Below are positions 1-12,882 of a stretch of 64,000 bases of DNA, piece by piece. Both the position numbers and the translations under genes were made by a program. Source of the stretch: Mytilus trossulus (taxonomy: Eukaryota); contig NC_086379.1 in NCBI RefSeq assembly GCF_036588685.1, positions 68,758,001 through 68,822,000 of the forward strand. The letters run 5' to 3'. Under the pieces are notes generated by a model. It worked only from the letters and a program-made list of their open reading frames with translations. It did no database searches and was not told the DNA's origin. The stretch's first letter is position 1, and each line of letters begins with the position of its first letter.

Positions 1-655
1 TGGACAAGTATATGAATATTGCAAGGTGTAGCTGTCTAACAAACTAGATTCAATCAGACTGACCTCATTTTCACGTTCCATAGTGTACAAATATCTAGGG
101 TTTGTTATCTTGGATCCTTAAAGATCAATGCTATTTTCAACATCTGATTGCAACTAGGCATTGTTTCATTATCCATGCATTTCATATTTGCTAAAAGTGG
201 AGGTTAATAAAAAAAATCCATTAGTAGATGCATATCTTGTTTAAGTGTCAATGAGAGACTTGGTACTATTTTGTAAAAGTAAAACGGGTCAAAGTATAGC
301 TCTTGCTGAACAGGTATTTTGGTCCTCAAACTATGTTGATAGTCTAGAAAATGATGTCAAGTTGTGATGAATGTAATTTGAAATACTTGTATACTCTACA
401 ATCCTTCCAAACACCATATATATATATGCTTGAAACAAAGTTGACTTTTTACATTAACAATGAACCATATGAATTAGGTCGAGGTCAATTAGAACATGTC
501 CGACATATGGTAGTAAAATATTTGCATACACCTAATATATCTGACTTATTGCAAACAGAATTAAAAAGAACATATCAAACCATGAAATTAAAGTTCAAGT
601 CTGACAACGCTTGCCAATGGAAAATGTATATCTCTCAATGATTTCATAAACTTAA

Positions 656-858
656 GGTGGTAGACCTAGGTTAAGGAAAATGACTTAAAACTATCAGTAC
701 GTTTGTGTCGGCCATTTTCATAAATATATTCTAATATTTTAGGATACAGGATTATTTTCAATCTGTTTCAGGTAAATGATTAAAACATCAATAAAACTTG
801 ACTATTACAAACGCATCACTGAAATAAAGAGTTGTCTCCCTAAACCAAGGTCTACCCC
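656..858. mobile_element. MITE with TTAA target duplication (Kolobok-like)
   Basis: TTAA|GGTGGTAGACCTAGG ... CCAAGGTCTACCCC|TTAA. Confidence 0.65.
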
Positions 859-2070
859 TTAAAATAGTGAACCTGTAGAAATAAGTTAAGTTGAAACCCT
901 ATTTAAAGGCAAACTATACAGCAGTATGAATACATTTATTATTGGGTAAATCTTGTCGGAATTGTCCCTGTGGCAACAGAAGCAAAGAGCAACATTAATG
1001 ACATTCATGAATATTACACCTAATATAGCTGAATTAAAAAGAACATACCAAAGCATGAAAATAAGGCTCAAGTCTGACCACGCCTGCCATTGGAAAATGT
1101 ATATCTTACAATGATTTCATACATTTAATATAGTGAACCTATTGAATACAGAATTAAAAAAAACATCCAAAAAACTTATCTTTAGCCTCTGAACCATAAA
1201 AAAGAGGTCAAGGACAGATGACACATTCCAGTTTGAAATGTTCATCTTAAAAACATTCCATGCACCAAGTATAGACCATATCTGATATATAAGGACTTGA
1301 CCTCAGAACTTGATTTGACTGATCCATGATGTAAAGTTTGATCCAGTGCAAACTATGACGGGCATGAAGATACAAGCATACTAAATATATTTTCCCCATT
1401 ACTCGTGAGAAAAAATTAAGAATACTAAAAATCCTTTACCTTTTATACAACTGCAAATAAATTTTTTTGGTCGCATATTGGTATCATGTTGTCATCGTCA
1501 TCGTCATTGACGTCCAAAGACAGATAGTTTCCTGATACTAACTTCAGTATAAGTAAATATAAATCAATAAAATTTTGACACATTTTAACCATTAAAGGAA
1601 GGTTGGAGGTTATGGTCCCAAAGGTTTAGAAATTTGGGGCCCAAAATGAGTATTTATCTAGTATTTTAATTGCTCTGATATTGTACCACAAGATAATTGA
1701 GAAAGGAAATTGGGAATGTGTCGAAGCGACAGCAACCTGACCATTGAGCATACAACAGCTGAAGGCCACCAATGGCTCTTCAATGTGAACTTTCTAATTT
1801 TGATGCCAATTTTAAGTATTCACCCCACTGAACAAAGAAAATGACAGTGCAAAGCTCAGGTTAAAGTTTTTGGTCAAGGTATCTTTTGATGAAGCTGAAG
1901 TCCAATCAATTGAAACTAAGTACATTTGTACACATGTTCCCTACAAAATGATCTATCTAATTTTAATGCCAAATCAAAGTGTTACCCCCTATTTAACGGT
2001 CCACTGAACATGTAAAATAATAGTGTGAGTGGGGCATCAGTGTACTATGGACACATTCTTGGTTAGATTG

Positions 2071-2318
2071 GGCAGCAACCATTTGATTTTCTGGGGGGGG
2101 GGGCTATGTTTTTTTTTACTGGACAAATATTTTTTTCGCAACAAGTCGAAAACAATTTTTTTCTTTCAATTTCAGCATTACATTTAGTGGCAGCTGAGGG
2201 TGAAACAAACAATTTTTTTTTCTCAGAATCAAAAACTTATTTTTCTCTCCAAAAACTGGAAACAAACTTTTTTTTCCAAAAAAAACTACCCCCCCTAGGA
2301 AATCAAATGGTTGCTGCC
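2071..2318. mobile_element. MITE (PIF/Harbinger-like), copy 1
   Basis: TIR GGCAGCAACCATTTGATTT; 3-bp TSD TTG. Confidence 0.85.
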
Positions 2319-2484
2319 TTGGGATATTTTGTTTTGTTTACTTACAGTGAGACTGTGCTTTTCATAAATAAGTAATTGGTACTTTATTGAACATATATAT
2401 CTGATAACTTTTCCCACCGATTTACATAATTTAAAGCTGGACAATTTAAACTTTTTCAGCAGTACATATGATTGTATATGCTTA

Positions 2485-2736
2485 GGCAGCAACCATTTGA
2501 TTTTCTGGGGGGGCTATGTTTTTTTTTGGAAAAAAAAGTTTGTTTCCAGTTTTTGGAGAAAAAAATAATTTGTTTTTGATTTTGAGAAAAAAAAATTGTT
2601 TGTTTCACCTTTAGCTGCCACTATATGTAATGCTTAAATTAAAAGAAAAAAATGTTTTCGACTTGTCGCGAAAAAAATAGTTTGTACAGAAAAAAAACCT
2701 ATATCCCCCCCCCCAGAAAATCAAATGGTTGCTGCC
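2485..2736. mobile_element. MITE (PIF/Harbinger-like), copy 2, inverted relative to copy 1
   Basis: Same TIR; 3-bp TSD TTA; interior is the reverse complement of copy 1. Confidence 0.85.
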
Positions 2737-3091
2737 TTACCATCCAAACTATGTCAAGGGAGACAATCGTAATAATTTTCATTATCTGATGTAGGTTTTC
2801 AATTTCCTACACAATTGGTCTTTCTTTCATTTGAACAGAAAAAGTACAAAATATTAAACTGACTTTGTAATTACTTTCTATATACATATCTATAATACTA
2901 ATTCCTTCAAAACTGAGAGCAATTAAGTCTACATGAGGAAGGTATATACCCAAATAACACTTTGTATTGATTGAAATATTCAAAAGAATGAGTAATATTA
3001 AAGTCTTGCTTCAAATTAATAAAAAATCCTCATATAATATCTGCAAATTAAACTCCATGAGGTTAACCAATGCCTGTGTGAATCATTTCTG

Positions 3092-3314
3092 AGGGCCCTC
3101 ATGGGGTTTTTGATTATGTGATTACTTGGCCGTTTTTTTAATGATTATTTGATTATTAAGCCAAATATTTCATGATTATTTGATTACCTAGGACTGTATT
3201 TTTAGTTTATGATTATTTGATTACTTAAGATAAGCAAATATTTAATGATTATGTGATTATATTGGCAAAAAAATGGTGATTATGTGATTACTAGGACCTC
3301 CCATGAGGGGCCCT
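3092..3314. mobile_element. MITE with internal GATTATNT repeats
   Basis: Inverted ends AGGGCCCTCATGGG / CCCATGAGGGGCCCT. Confidence 0.7.
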
Positions 3315-3444
3315 ACTTCTATAGAGGCCCCTGAAGTGAATTACCTTAGTATGCAGATTTGTCAAATTATGCAAATGAATGCAACATTAAAATAATACTC
3401 CAAATTGACAACAACACATCAAATGGTCTGCAATTTTATTTGCT

Positions 3445-3488
3445 ATGGTCTACATGTTTCGCCTACAAGGCAGGCTTCATCAGGACAT
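3445..3488 (-). ncRNA. Minimal type I hammerhead ribozyme motif (Penelope-like element relic)
   Basis: Minus strand ATGTC-CTGATGA-A-GCCT(GCCTTGT)AGGC-GAAA-CAT-GTA-GACCAT, followed by AATAAA. Confidence 0.65.
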
Positions 3489-3932
3489 TTTTTATACAGA
3501 AGTTAATCCCTGAAGTACTCAAAGTGGTGCATTGAATTTGACATGATCATGGTGAGAGAAACAATGAAAAGTGAAGGTAGCAATACAGAGTTTTAAATAG
3601 ATAAGATAAATATAGAAAATTAATGTTTGTTTACAATGTAACTTGAGTTCGTTTTAGTATTATATCTAATTCGAAGAACTTCCCATCATGGTTCCTACCA
3701 CTTCACAAGGCTTCTCTCCTGCAAATGTATACAAATACAAATGCTTCAAATGTAAATTACTTTTCTACATTACACCATGGCATTTACATTTTGATTTTGA
3801 CATTTATGATCATTTATAATATATGATCATATATGTAGTTTATATAATAAATACAAGATAAAATGTTGTCACTAAGAATATTAAATAATCTGCCACATAT
3901 ATTGTCTCTCTGTCAATCACAGAACATTAAAA

Positions 3933-3992
3933 TCATCCAAACATAGAAATGTGAAGAGTGTCAAGTTCAAACTCTCTCTGCTTAGCTCGAGC
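3933..3992 (-). CDS. RNF181: RNF181 last exon ([19 protein letters not shown])
   Basis: TTGCAG acceptor, phase 0, TGA at 3933-3935. Confidence 0.82.
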   Translation of the reverse strand, partial: ARAKQREFELDTLHISMFG

Positions 3993-6900
3993 CTGCAATG
4001 AAAAAAAATCTGACTTAAAATATTCAAATATTTTCTGGAAATGCTTGTTTTTTTTGGTAAAGATTGCATAACAAGCAACCAAAACCCTTACAATACTTGC
4101 TTTGGAGAAATAAAAGCTTCAGAAAACCTTTGCCATAACCTATGATCCAAAATATTCTGTAACAAAAAAGGTGCCAAGGTTAATATTAAATCCCCGAGAT
4201 GTTAACATTTTTTGGATGGCGGCCAAAGTAAACAGTCATAAATTATGAAACCAGATGCTCTGTAGGGCACAACTTTATACGACAGCAGAGTTCGAACCCT
4301 GAACAGTTGGGCAAGTATGGACACAACATTCAAGCTTGATACAGCTCTGAATTTGGATTGTGATTAAATAGTTGACACAACATAGGTTTCTGACTCAGAA
4401 TGAATGTGGTCTAAGAACTTAAACTTAAAATCTTAAATTTTTTAAATTGGACATACACCTATCATGGTCCAATATCCCAAACCTAAATACATTGTTAGAT
4501 TCAGCATATCATGGAACACCACAAATTCTATTTTTGATGAAATCAAATAAAGTTCAATTTTGGACCCTTATGACCTCAATGTGGACCAATAGACCACTTT
4601 CGAGTTCATCCGTCACCGGCAAAAACTCGTCAATTATACACGCCTTTATGACGTCATTTACCAAATAGAGGGGCTCGCCTGTATCCCTGCAGTATTTACG
4701 TTCATCAAGCGTCTTAGTGATCGTCTTTGTGCAGGATAAACTAGAAATAATGGTTGCTCTGTAGGTACTTACTGACATTTCCCTAATGACAGCAGTGTTG
4801 ATTGTCAATTTTGAGAATTCAATTTGCCGAATAATTCGTACAATATAGAATTATAGTTTTCCAACCACTCGCTCAACATTGGAAGGAAGTGACGACGCCC
4901 CTAAAGGCACAAATGACGATGATAAAGGCGCGTATAATTGACAAGTGACGGATGAACTTGAAAGTGGTCTATTTGATAACTGGGCCCAAATATCACAAAT
5001 CTAAATACATGGTTAGATTCAGCATATATCAAAGAACCCCAGATATTCATTTTTTGTTAAAATCAAACAAAAAGTTTAATTTTGAACCCAAATTTTGACC
5101 AACTTGAAAACTGGGCCTATAATCAAAAATCTAAATACATGTTTAATTCAGCATATCAAAGAACCCCAACTTGCAAGGATTCAATTTTTTTTCAACAAAG
5201 TTTAATTTTGGACCATCTTGAAAACTGGTCCCATAATCAAAAATCTAAGTACATGTTTAGATTAGTTTCTGAGGTGAATACTGATATTTTTATGCTTTAT
5301 AATGAATATTTCCATAAAAAATTGGATGTGAAATACCTGAACATTTCAGAAGTCTGCATGTTGAGCTATATTTACGAATGATTTACTTATACCGATGATA
5401 AAATTTAGTAAATGCTAGTTTATGATATCGTAAACCCTGGTGTAATAATATTTCAGTAATAAATAAATTTCACTAGTTAAAATCTAAAACATTGTTACAT
5501 GCACAAGTGAATCGTACAAGTTGACACAGATATATAAATACCGTAAGATGGTGACAAGGGAACGTCACCATCTAAAAAGTTTAATTTTGGACCTTTTGGG
5601 CCCCTTATTCCTAAACTGTTGGGACCAAAACTCCCAAAATCAATCCCAACCTTCCTTTTATGATAATAAACCTCGTGTTTAAATTTCTTAGATTTCTATA
5701 TACTTATACTCAAGTAATGGTGTGATAACCAAGAAAAATGCTAATGAGGGCCCCTTTTTGGCCCCTAATTCCTAAACTATTGGGACCAAAACTCCCAAAA
5801 TCAATATAAACCTTCCTTTTTTGGTGATAAACCTTGTGTTTAAATTTCATAGATTTCTATTTTCTTAAACTTAAGTTATATATAGTGTGTAAACCAATGT
5901 GTTTTCAGACGACGACGATGACAATGAGGATGCCAAAGAAATACCAATATATGACCGCAATTTTTTTTGCGGTCGTATAAAAATTGGACTTAAACTGATG
6001 TTACATCACTAATAATTCAAGGTGTGAAACTTCCTTATCACAACCATTTCTATGTGAAATATTAAGTAATTTGTGGAGTAGTAGCAGAACATTACTTTTT
6101 TATCAATAAAAGGTCAACTATATTGACACCTAAAACATTTTGTTCTAAGAGATATTTACATTCAGAGTGTAGATCTCTCCAACATAGCGACAGATTTAAC
6201 ATCAGGTATTTGATTAAATGTTGGGTACAAGAGAAGAGCTCTACAAAATTTTAAGAATGGATGTTTCCATCAGTCCTGAACAATGAATCCATACAGATAA
6301 CAGCTTCATACCTTGTGTTTTTTAAATTCTTCATATTCAGGATCATCTGTTGGCAGCTCATGGCGACAAACTGGACAACTGTTAACCTTAAAAAAGAAAA
6401 AAATTGATATCAAAGCAAAATGTAATTAATGTTTCCAATGGGGATAAGTCTTGAAATAAAATGATCGACACAGATTATTGAACATGTCCTTGACATTGTT
6501 ATTTTAAACCTATGATATAAGTTTTATAAAAACATTGTGCTGGGGACAAAAATAAAAGGAGGCTGTGTCCAAGACTTACCTGCTTGTAAATATAAGGCAA
6601 ATTCAGCAATTTTTTTTTCATTTAAGGAATGACTGTAATATTTTTTCTGTCTATTTGAAGTAACATAAAAAATGTGGTGCTCACTAAATATTTTATTTTA
6701 TTTCAAATGGACAGAAAAAATATTACTGTCACAGTCATTTAATTATTATAATTTAATTCTAAATTCCATTTTAAACCAGAGTAAACCATGAAAAACATGA
6801 AGAATGTGGTGCACACTGAATTTTTTATTTTATTTCAAATAGACAGAAAAAATATTAGTCACAGTCATTTATTATAATTTAATTCTAAATTCCATTTTAA

Positions 6901-9900
6901 ACCAGAGTAAACCATGAAAAAAACGTTAATGACGTCACAGTCTCATTACAAAATTATGTCTATGAGGTGATAAATAAAACAATATTATCCAATCAGAAGA
7001 CATGTTACACCCAAAATTTAATTATTCGTAAAAAGACATAACTGGAGAACAATGAAAGAATGCCATCAAAATTCAAACATGATTTGTGTTTGATGAAAAT
7101 CAGATAATGCAGAAACAGCAAAGTTGCCAATTTTTCCATTTATAAACAGAACCATAAAATGATGCCACCTATATAATATTCAGTGTTTGGTGGTATATGT
7201 AATACACATTGTGTATTATAAGCTTCATAAATTTGGTTTGGGAAACTTAAGCTAGGTTAAGCAATGAGTGAGAAATGGCAATTTAGCAATTTTTCCAATT
7301 ATATAGGGACATAACTCCAGAATTAAAGCACATTTGAACTAGTCATAAGCATTGTGCATAAGTTTCATAAAATTTGGATATAGGAATGAAATGGAAAATA
7401 AATATCTTGACTTATGTTGAACTACATACAGGCAGATGTAAATATACATGGACAGACAGATGAAGAAGAGTAAAATATTACTCCTAGTATAAAAAAATAA
7501 TCTTTTAGTTAAAAATGAATTGCTTTGAATAAACATTATGTACTAAGTTCAAAGTTGATCTGACCACACCATGATTACCAAAATTCCTAAACGTAAAGAT
7601 TAACCTCATACAAGAAAGATGAATGGACCAACAAGTAAACTTATGGGCACACAGACCAGAAAGATAGTTACCCTATTATCAAAGATTAGAAATAAAAACA
7701 ATATTTAAATCCTATGAAATGTAAGCCATCCAGAAGGAAATGTGTTCTTGATCTGTAACTCCAAATTCCATATAATATATTTATAAATAAAAAATCAACC
7801 AATAATCCAATACTGGGATACAGTTTTCAGACGAATCTGTCATGTGACTTCCATCTCCTCGTGACAAAAATGAATGCATAGTTTTTTCCAACACATGTTG
7901 AGCAAATTGGTAAAAGTGTGATTTGATACTGCATAACATATTTGGGAAATTAAAATCTAATAAGATGAACACCCTCCCTCAGTCGTACGGGAATCAAGAT
8001 TACGTACATACGAACATAAACTATTTTCATACTATCCTACAGAATGACGTATATGAAAGTGATTGAAACTTTAAATAAAGCAGGGATACAGGCGCCCCCT
8101 CCATCTTTTAAATAACGTCATGAAGGCATGTAAAATTGACACTCTTTTATGTTGAAAAACATGATTCCAGAATTGACGTATACCACAAAATGTCAAAACA
8201 ACTATTTTTTTGGGGTGAATGACTGACATGTGTTACATTTAATACACCTGTACTGCCCCTTATATTATGAGGGAGCTAAAACATTTGTATAACAACTTCT
8301 GTATAAAAACATTGATTGATTTAAAATTTTCTTTTTAATGGCCTTTATCAGCAGTGTTTGTTTTATTACTAACCTTTTCTAACCATGGTAATATACATTT
8401 TGAATGAAATATGTGTGAACAAGGCATCTTCTTAACTTCATCTTCTTCATCTAATAGAGACAAACATATAGGACACTTCTTTTCTAAAGCTGAAATAAAT
8501 ATTAAAGTCTAAAAACAACATATACATGGACATTCCATATTGAAATATAATACATAAAAATATGTAATTTGTTAATGGCTCAACGGGTTCATGCATAGAA
8601 GGTTAAATTTTTTGAAAGGATTTATTTTGCAAAAATTACTAAAATGGATTCATCACAACCAAAGTTATTACATATGAAACATATCTGGCAGATTTGTTCT
8701 CAATTCTGGTGAAGTATATTTCTTGAGAATTGAACCTTGTTGACTAGGTCCTAGCGACATAAATTTGTGTTGGAATTGCACCAGACCCAAAGTGACAACA
8801 CTTGGTAAGTACTTCTAAATCACATATGTTACACTTTCTCAGTTGAATTGCACTTGAAATAAAACCAATGTTCAACTTCCAAAAAGGTTTCAATGTTAAA
8901 TTTGTCTTTTCCTGTTAGATATTTCAAATTTCTGATCAGCAACTGTAGAAAGTTCAACAATCAGATTTAAAGAAAAAGCAATGTCACTGTGATGGATTGG
9001 TTCTAAAGTAAGAACACTGGCATACCTTATACATGTATAAAAAAAATCCAACACATAAATATCTGAATTATCTCCCCTTTTGAATCAAAGTTTCTTTGCA
9101 ATACATTTTCTATATTTGTTGTAAAATAAGGTGTAATTTATTTGCCCCTTTTATGTTAGGTGACAGTTTTATAAGTGTTCCTTTCAAAATCAAGAAAGGG
9201 CTAAAAAATTACATCTTATTTTTAGATGGAAAATGTATTGTAAAAGAAACTTTAATTGAAAGAGGGAGATAATTCAGATTTTTATAAAGACGAGAATGAA
9301 CTGTAATTTTCATATTAGTTGTTATATACCAGGACAGAATATTTATGCCCAAGAAAATCATGTCTGAATACAATATCACATAAGACATGTTGATCATTAT
9401 TCCACAGAAGTCACTCATTTATGTTTCACTAATACATTCTCATAATTTCCACTGGTTTGCAGACTACGCTTGATATTTCATTTAATTCAGATTCTTGTTA
9501 ATTGGGGAGCATATAACAAATATCAACATTTTCAAATTCAAATTCAAATTCAAGACATTTTCATAGCACTATATCTTTATGTAACTTTTTAAGTATCATG
9601 TATCTTATCTTACCTGCTTCTGTTGGATTGACTAGATGTGTATCTAAAGCCTCAACACTGGCCTTTGATGCTGGGGGAACTTTACGTTCACCTCCAAATA
9701 CACTACAAAAGGATTTATAAGTCTTTTATTAGGCTATGTCAATATATGGTGAGTTTTGCTTTAACATACATGTTGAACTAAGCAATGTTAAATAAAAGAA
9801 GCACCAATAATTATTACAAATATGCAGAGTTTTTAAAAACCATGTACTTTTAACATTCAATTAACAAATAGCAATATGTAGATGTGTTAAATTATCTAAT

Positions 9901-12550
9901 ATTATCTAAATTTAAAAATATCTCCTCAAAGTGTTTTCATGTTAATGAACAGACACTGTTTGGCATCCGCTCGCCCTGTTGCCGGACATTCACAAATCAA
10001 TAACCAATTTTTCTTTCAAAAATCTGATAAAAAAAGCACAGAATTATCATTATTTAAGTAACATATTTATTTCAAATGAATAATTACCTTCCATATTCCA
10101 TATCCCATTCTGCTCCTAAGCCACTATCTAACAATAGCCTAAAAAATTTAATCAGTAATTATTCAAAACTTTTGTTTTAATACATGTAGGGTTTAAGTAG
10201 AAATAAGAAGATGTGCATAATTCTATTTAATAATTCATGACATATTTACTTCTTTGTGCAACATTATAAGAACACACATCATTTCTTTTTAGCAATCAGC
10301 ACTTTTTAAATTGTGTACTTGAATTGAATTGTGAATTTTCTGTTATTGTTAAGAAATGTGTAAAAAGTACATAAATTTGGTCGTTAGTTTTCTCTTTGAA
10401 TTGTTTTACATTGTCATTTTGGGGCCTTTTAAAGCTGACTATGTGGTATGGGCTTTGCTCATTGGTAAAGGCCGTACGGTGACCTGTAGTTGTTAATTTC
10501 TGTGTCATTTTGGTCTCTTGTGGACAGTTTTCTCATTGGCAATCATACCACATCTTCTTTTTTATATTTCTTTCTTGTTCTCAGACAATTGTGAAAAAAT
10601 GTTTTTGGGCTTGTGAAATTCTAATTTACAAGCCAACAGAATCCAAATAAATATTTTGTAAAATTGAGCTTCTAGATTTAAAAGATTATCTTGGAGACTG
10701 AAATGTTAATTGACTACAGCCATAGATTCACCTGTGAAACTTGAAGCCTGGTAAGTCCTCTCAATATAGGAATCATATTTTCTATGTTTTAGAAAATAAA
10801 AAACTTTTAGTACATATAGTTTTGACACCTCCAGGTGAGGGAATTTCTCGCTGCATTAAAGACCTGTTGGTGACCTTCTGCTTTTGTCTGCTCTATGGTC
10901 GGATTGTTGTCTCTTTGACACATTCCCCATTTCCATTCTCAATTTTATAAGAACTTTTTTGTCAACAGAAAAAAACGACAACTCTTCCGTGTCTAGAAAA
11001 GCACTAATGCAATTTTTGTGTCAGTCACACAGATTTGATTAATTATTCTTTATTTATTTATATAAAATGTATGATATATTTTCTATTTTGTTTCTTGAAA
11101 AGGGGACTAAGTCTTCTATTACGGTAGAAAATTCAATAAAAAAATAAAATGAAGATTTTTATTCTACTTATGAACTCAAAATCGTTAGTTTATTTTTAGA
11201 CTTATATATAATTTTCCTGATTTGTGCAGACATTTCATTCTTTCTTTGGGTCTCGTTTGTCATGAGACTTGTAAAACACTGGAAGGAATATCATATTGTT
11301 TCCTGAAAATTTGTTCTATTACATGATTCTCTCATATGAAAAACCTCTCAAGGTAGTATTTCTTTGTTTACAGTAAAAAATGACATCACAACTTAAAACC
11401 TAAGAGCAAGGCCAACGACCAAGACGGCAGTAAATTCCGTATTTCATTCTTTTTCTGAACAGATTTTATATTGAAATAGTTGACTATTAAAAATAATTGT
11501 ACACAGACTTCGCCCCCTTTCACAGGTAATGCCTGCCTCATATTATATTAATTCAGTTGCCCCTTATAAATTTGGTTATATATCAGTATGAATGGTCAGA
11601 GTATGTTTCTGTTTGTAAGAGAGAGTTGTTCCCTTTTGTCACAGTCAGTAATTTGTATTTATGTTTGTGACGTCATCTTTGTCTGATTAAAATGTAGAAA
11701 ATGGAAGCTGATGTGTCTGTATGTAATTGCCTCCATCCATGCTACCAGAGCTATTCCCCTAGTCTGTAATACTATATTGAAAGTACAGGTGAGTTGTTGA
11801 ACAGGGAAAATTGTACATGCATCTTAGACTAGTCCAAATAACATAGGAAAGTACGGGTGTTCCTAACAAAATTTAATAGCCTCACCAGACGTCATTATTA
11901 TTTTGATTAATGCAAGACTTAAATATAATATATAGAAGAGAGACAAACCAGTGTCAACAAATAGTTAAAAAAAATAACATAAGGACCTAAGGGCTACGGT
12001 TCCACAGCTATGACAAAAGCGACAGATATAGAAAACACTTTACAGATATTTTTACATTTTAAATGTAATCATAGCCAGTGTTTGATATAATTATCCCAGT
12101 AGAATAGGGTAGAAAATTTAATTTAAGTCGGGTTTAAAATGTAGATTTTATCCAGTTTTTTTAAGGGAGCTACCATTTGATTTTTATGGGGGGGCTAGGA
12201 TGAAATTTGAAAAAAATAGGCAGGACAGGAGTTTTGAGTAAAAAAAAAGGCAGGATGAGCATCTTGGCAAAAAAAAAGGCAGGATGACAATTTGGGTAAA
12301 AAAAGGCAGGATAAACTAGTAAAAAAAAAAGGCAGGACCGAATAGAGTAAAAAATAAAAAGGCAGGATAGATTTTACAACTAAAAAAAAAAGCAGGACAA
12401 AATTTTTCATCCTAGCCCCCCCCATAAAAATCAAATGGTAGCTCCCTAAATTTGTAAAATGAAATTTCACCTAGCCATATGAAGTATATGATTAGGTTGT
12501 TCCCCATCTTGAAGAGGCTCACAGTCATGTTCATCAAAATATGAAGCCAT
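3933..12550 (-). CDS. RNF181: E3 ubiquitin-protein ligase RNF181; 6 coding exons: 12471-12550, 10088-10138, 9614-9702, 8374-8489, 6312-6386, 3933-3992 (471 nt, 156 aa)
   Basis: Manual splicing at GT-AG sites with consistent phases gives [13 protein letters not shown]...[11 protein letters not shown]...[59 protein letters not shown]...LHISMFG*. It has a RING-H2 finger and the MASYFDEH N-terminus typical of RNF181. Confidence 0.93.
4248..5983 (-). mobile_element. Non-autonomous Helentron-like element (HINE/DINE type) in RNF181 intron 5
   Basis: Subterminal inverted motif (TATACGAC / GTCGTATA), hairpin GACCGCA...TGCGGTC, (GAC)n tract and degenerate internal tandem repeats. Confidence 0.6.
4589..4972. 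mobile_element. TIR element nested in the Helentron-like element
   Basis: ~28-bp TIR ATAGACCACTTTCGAGTTCATCCGTCAC / GTGACGGATGAACTTGAAAGTGGTCTAT. Confidence 0.8.
6312..6386 (-). CDS. RNF181: RNF181 exon 5 ([25 protein letters not shown])
   Basis: Completes the RING; donor GTATGA. Confidence 0.92.
6670..6922. repeat. Local tandem duplication (about 130 bp, 2 copies)
   Basis: AATGTGGTGC...AAACCAGAGTAAACCATGAAAAA occurs twice in succession. Confidence 0.75.
8374..8489 (-). CDS. RNF181: RNF181 exon 4 (RING-H2, N-terminal part)
   Basis: CPIC...[17 protein letters not shown]; TTCAG acceptor, GTTAGT donor. Confidence 0.92.
9614..9702 (-). CDS. RNF181: RNF181 exon 3 ([19 protein letters not shown]...)
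   Basis: TGTAG acceptor, GTAAGA donor; PPASK motif. Confidence 0.88.
10088..10138 (-). CDS. RNF181: RNF181 exon 2 ([16 protein letters not shown])
   Basis: TTTTAG acceptor, GTAATT donor, phase 2/2. Confidence 0.85.
12165..12446. mobile_element. MITE (PIF/Harbinger-like) with internal (A)nGGCAGGA repeats, about 25 bp from the RNF181 exon 1 donor
   Basis: TIR GGGAGCTACCATTTGATTTTTATGGGGGGGCTAGGATGA; TSD TAA. Confidence 0.88.
12471..12550 (-). CDS. RNF181: RNF181 exon 1 ([27 protein letters not shown])
   Basis: ATG at 12550, donor AG|GTGAAA. Confidence 0.9.
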
Positions 12551-12882
12551 GTTGAAGTAGCTGATGGTCAATAAATAGTCTGTGGCACAAACCGCACAAA
12601 GATGCCAAGTCAAATTAAGTGTGTTGTCACCGTGATCTGTGTACTTTCACTTTCACTTTGGATTGCCGCAGATGACCTTACAAAATAGTAAATAACCAAT
12701 GATGGTGTAGATTTGGAGACAATTTTGATATTGCCATATTTCTAACTTGAAAGAAAAAAATCAATTTTAAATAAATCCTTAAGTTTTTTTATTTGCCAAA
12801 TTGCATGATTAATAAGTCTTGTTTTTTAATGAGGTAAGCATCTATGGTAAATTTAGAGTCGAATACGGAAACATTTTCAGAA
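12551..12882. promoter_or_regulatory. Probable bidirectional promoter/5' UTR region between RNF181 and BLOC1S2
   Basis: Divergent ATGs about 330 bp apart (12550 minus; 12883 plus). Confidence 0.55.

Noticed and set aside
3664-3718. Possible alternative last exon of RNF181 after a TTTGCAG acceptor
   Set aside because: It gives only ERSLVKW* in phase 0 with no family similarity; the 3933-3992 exon already matches the RNF181 C-terminus.
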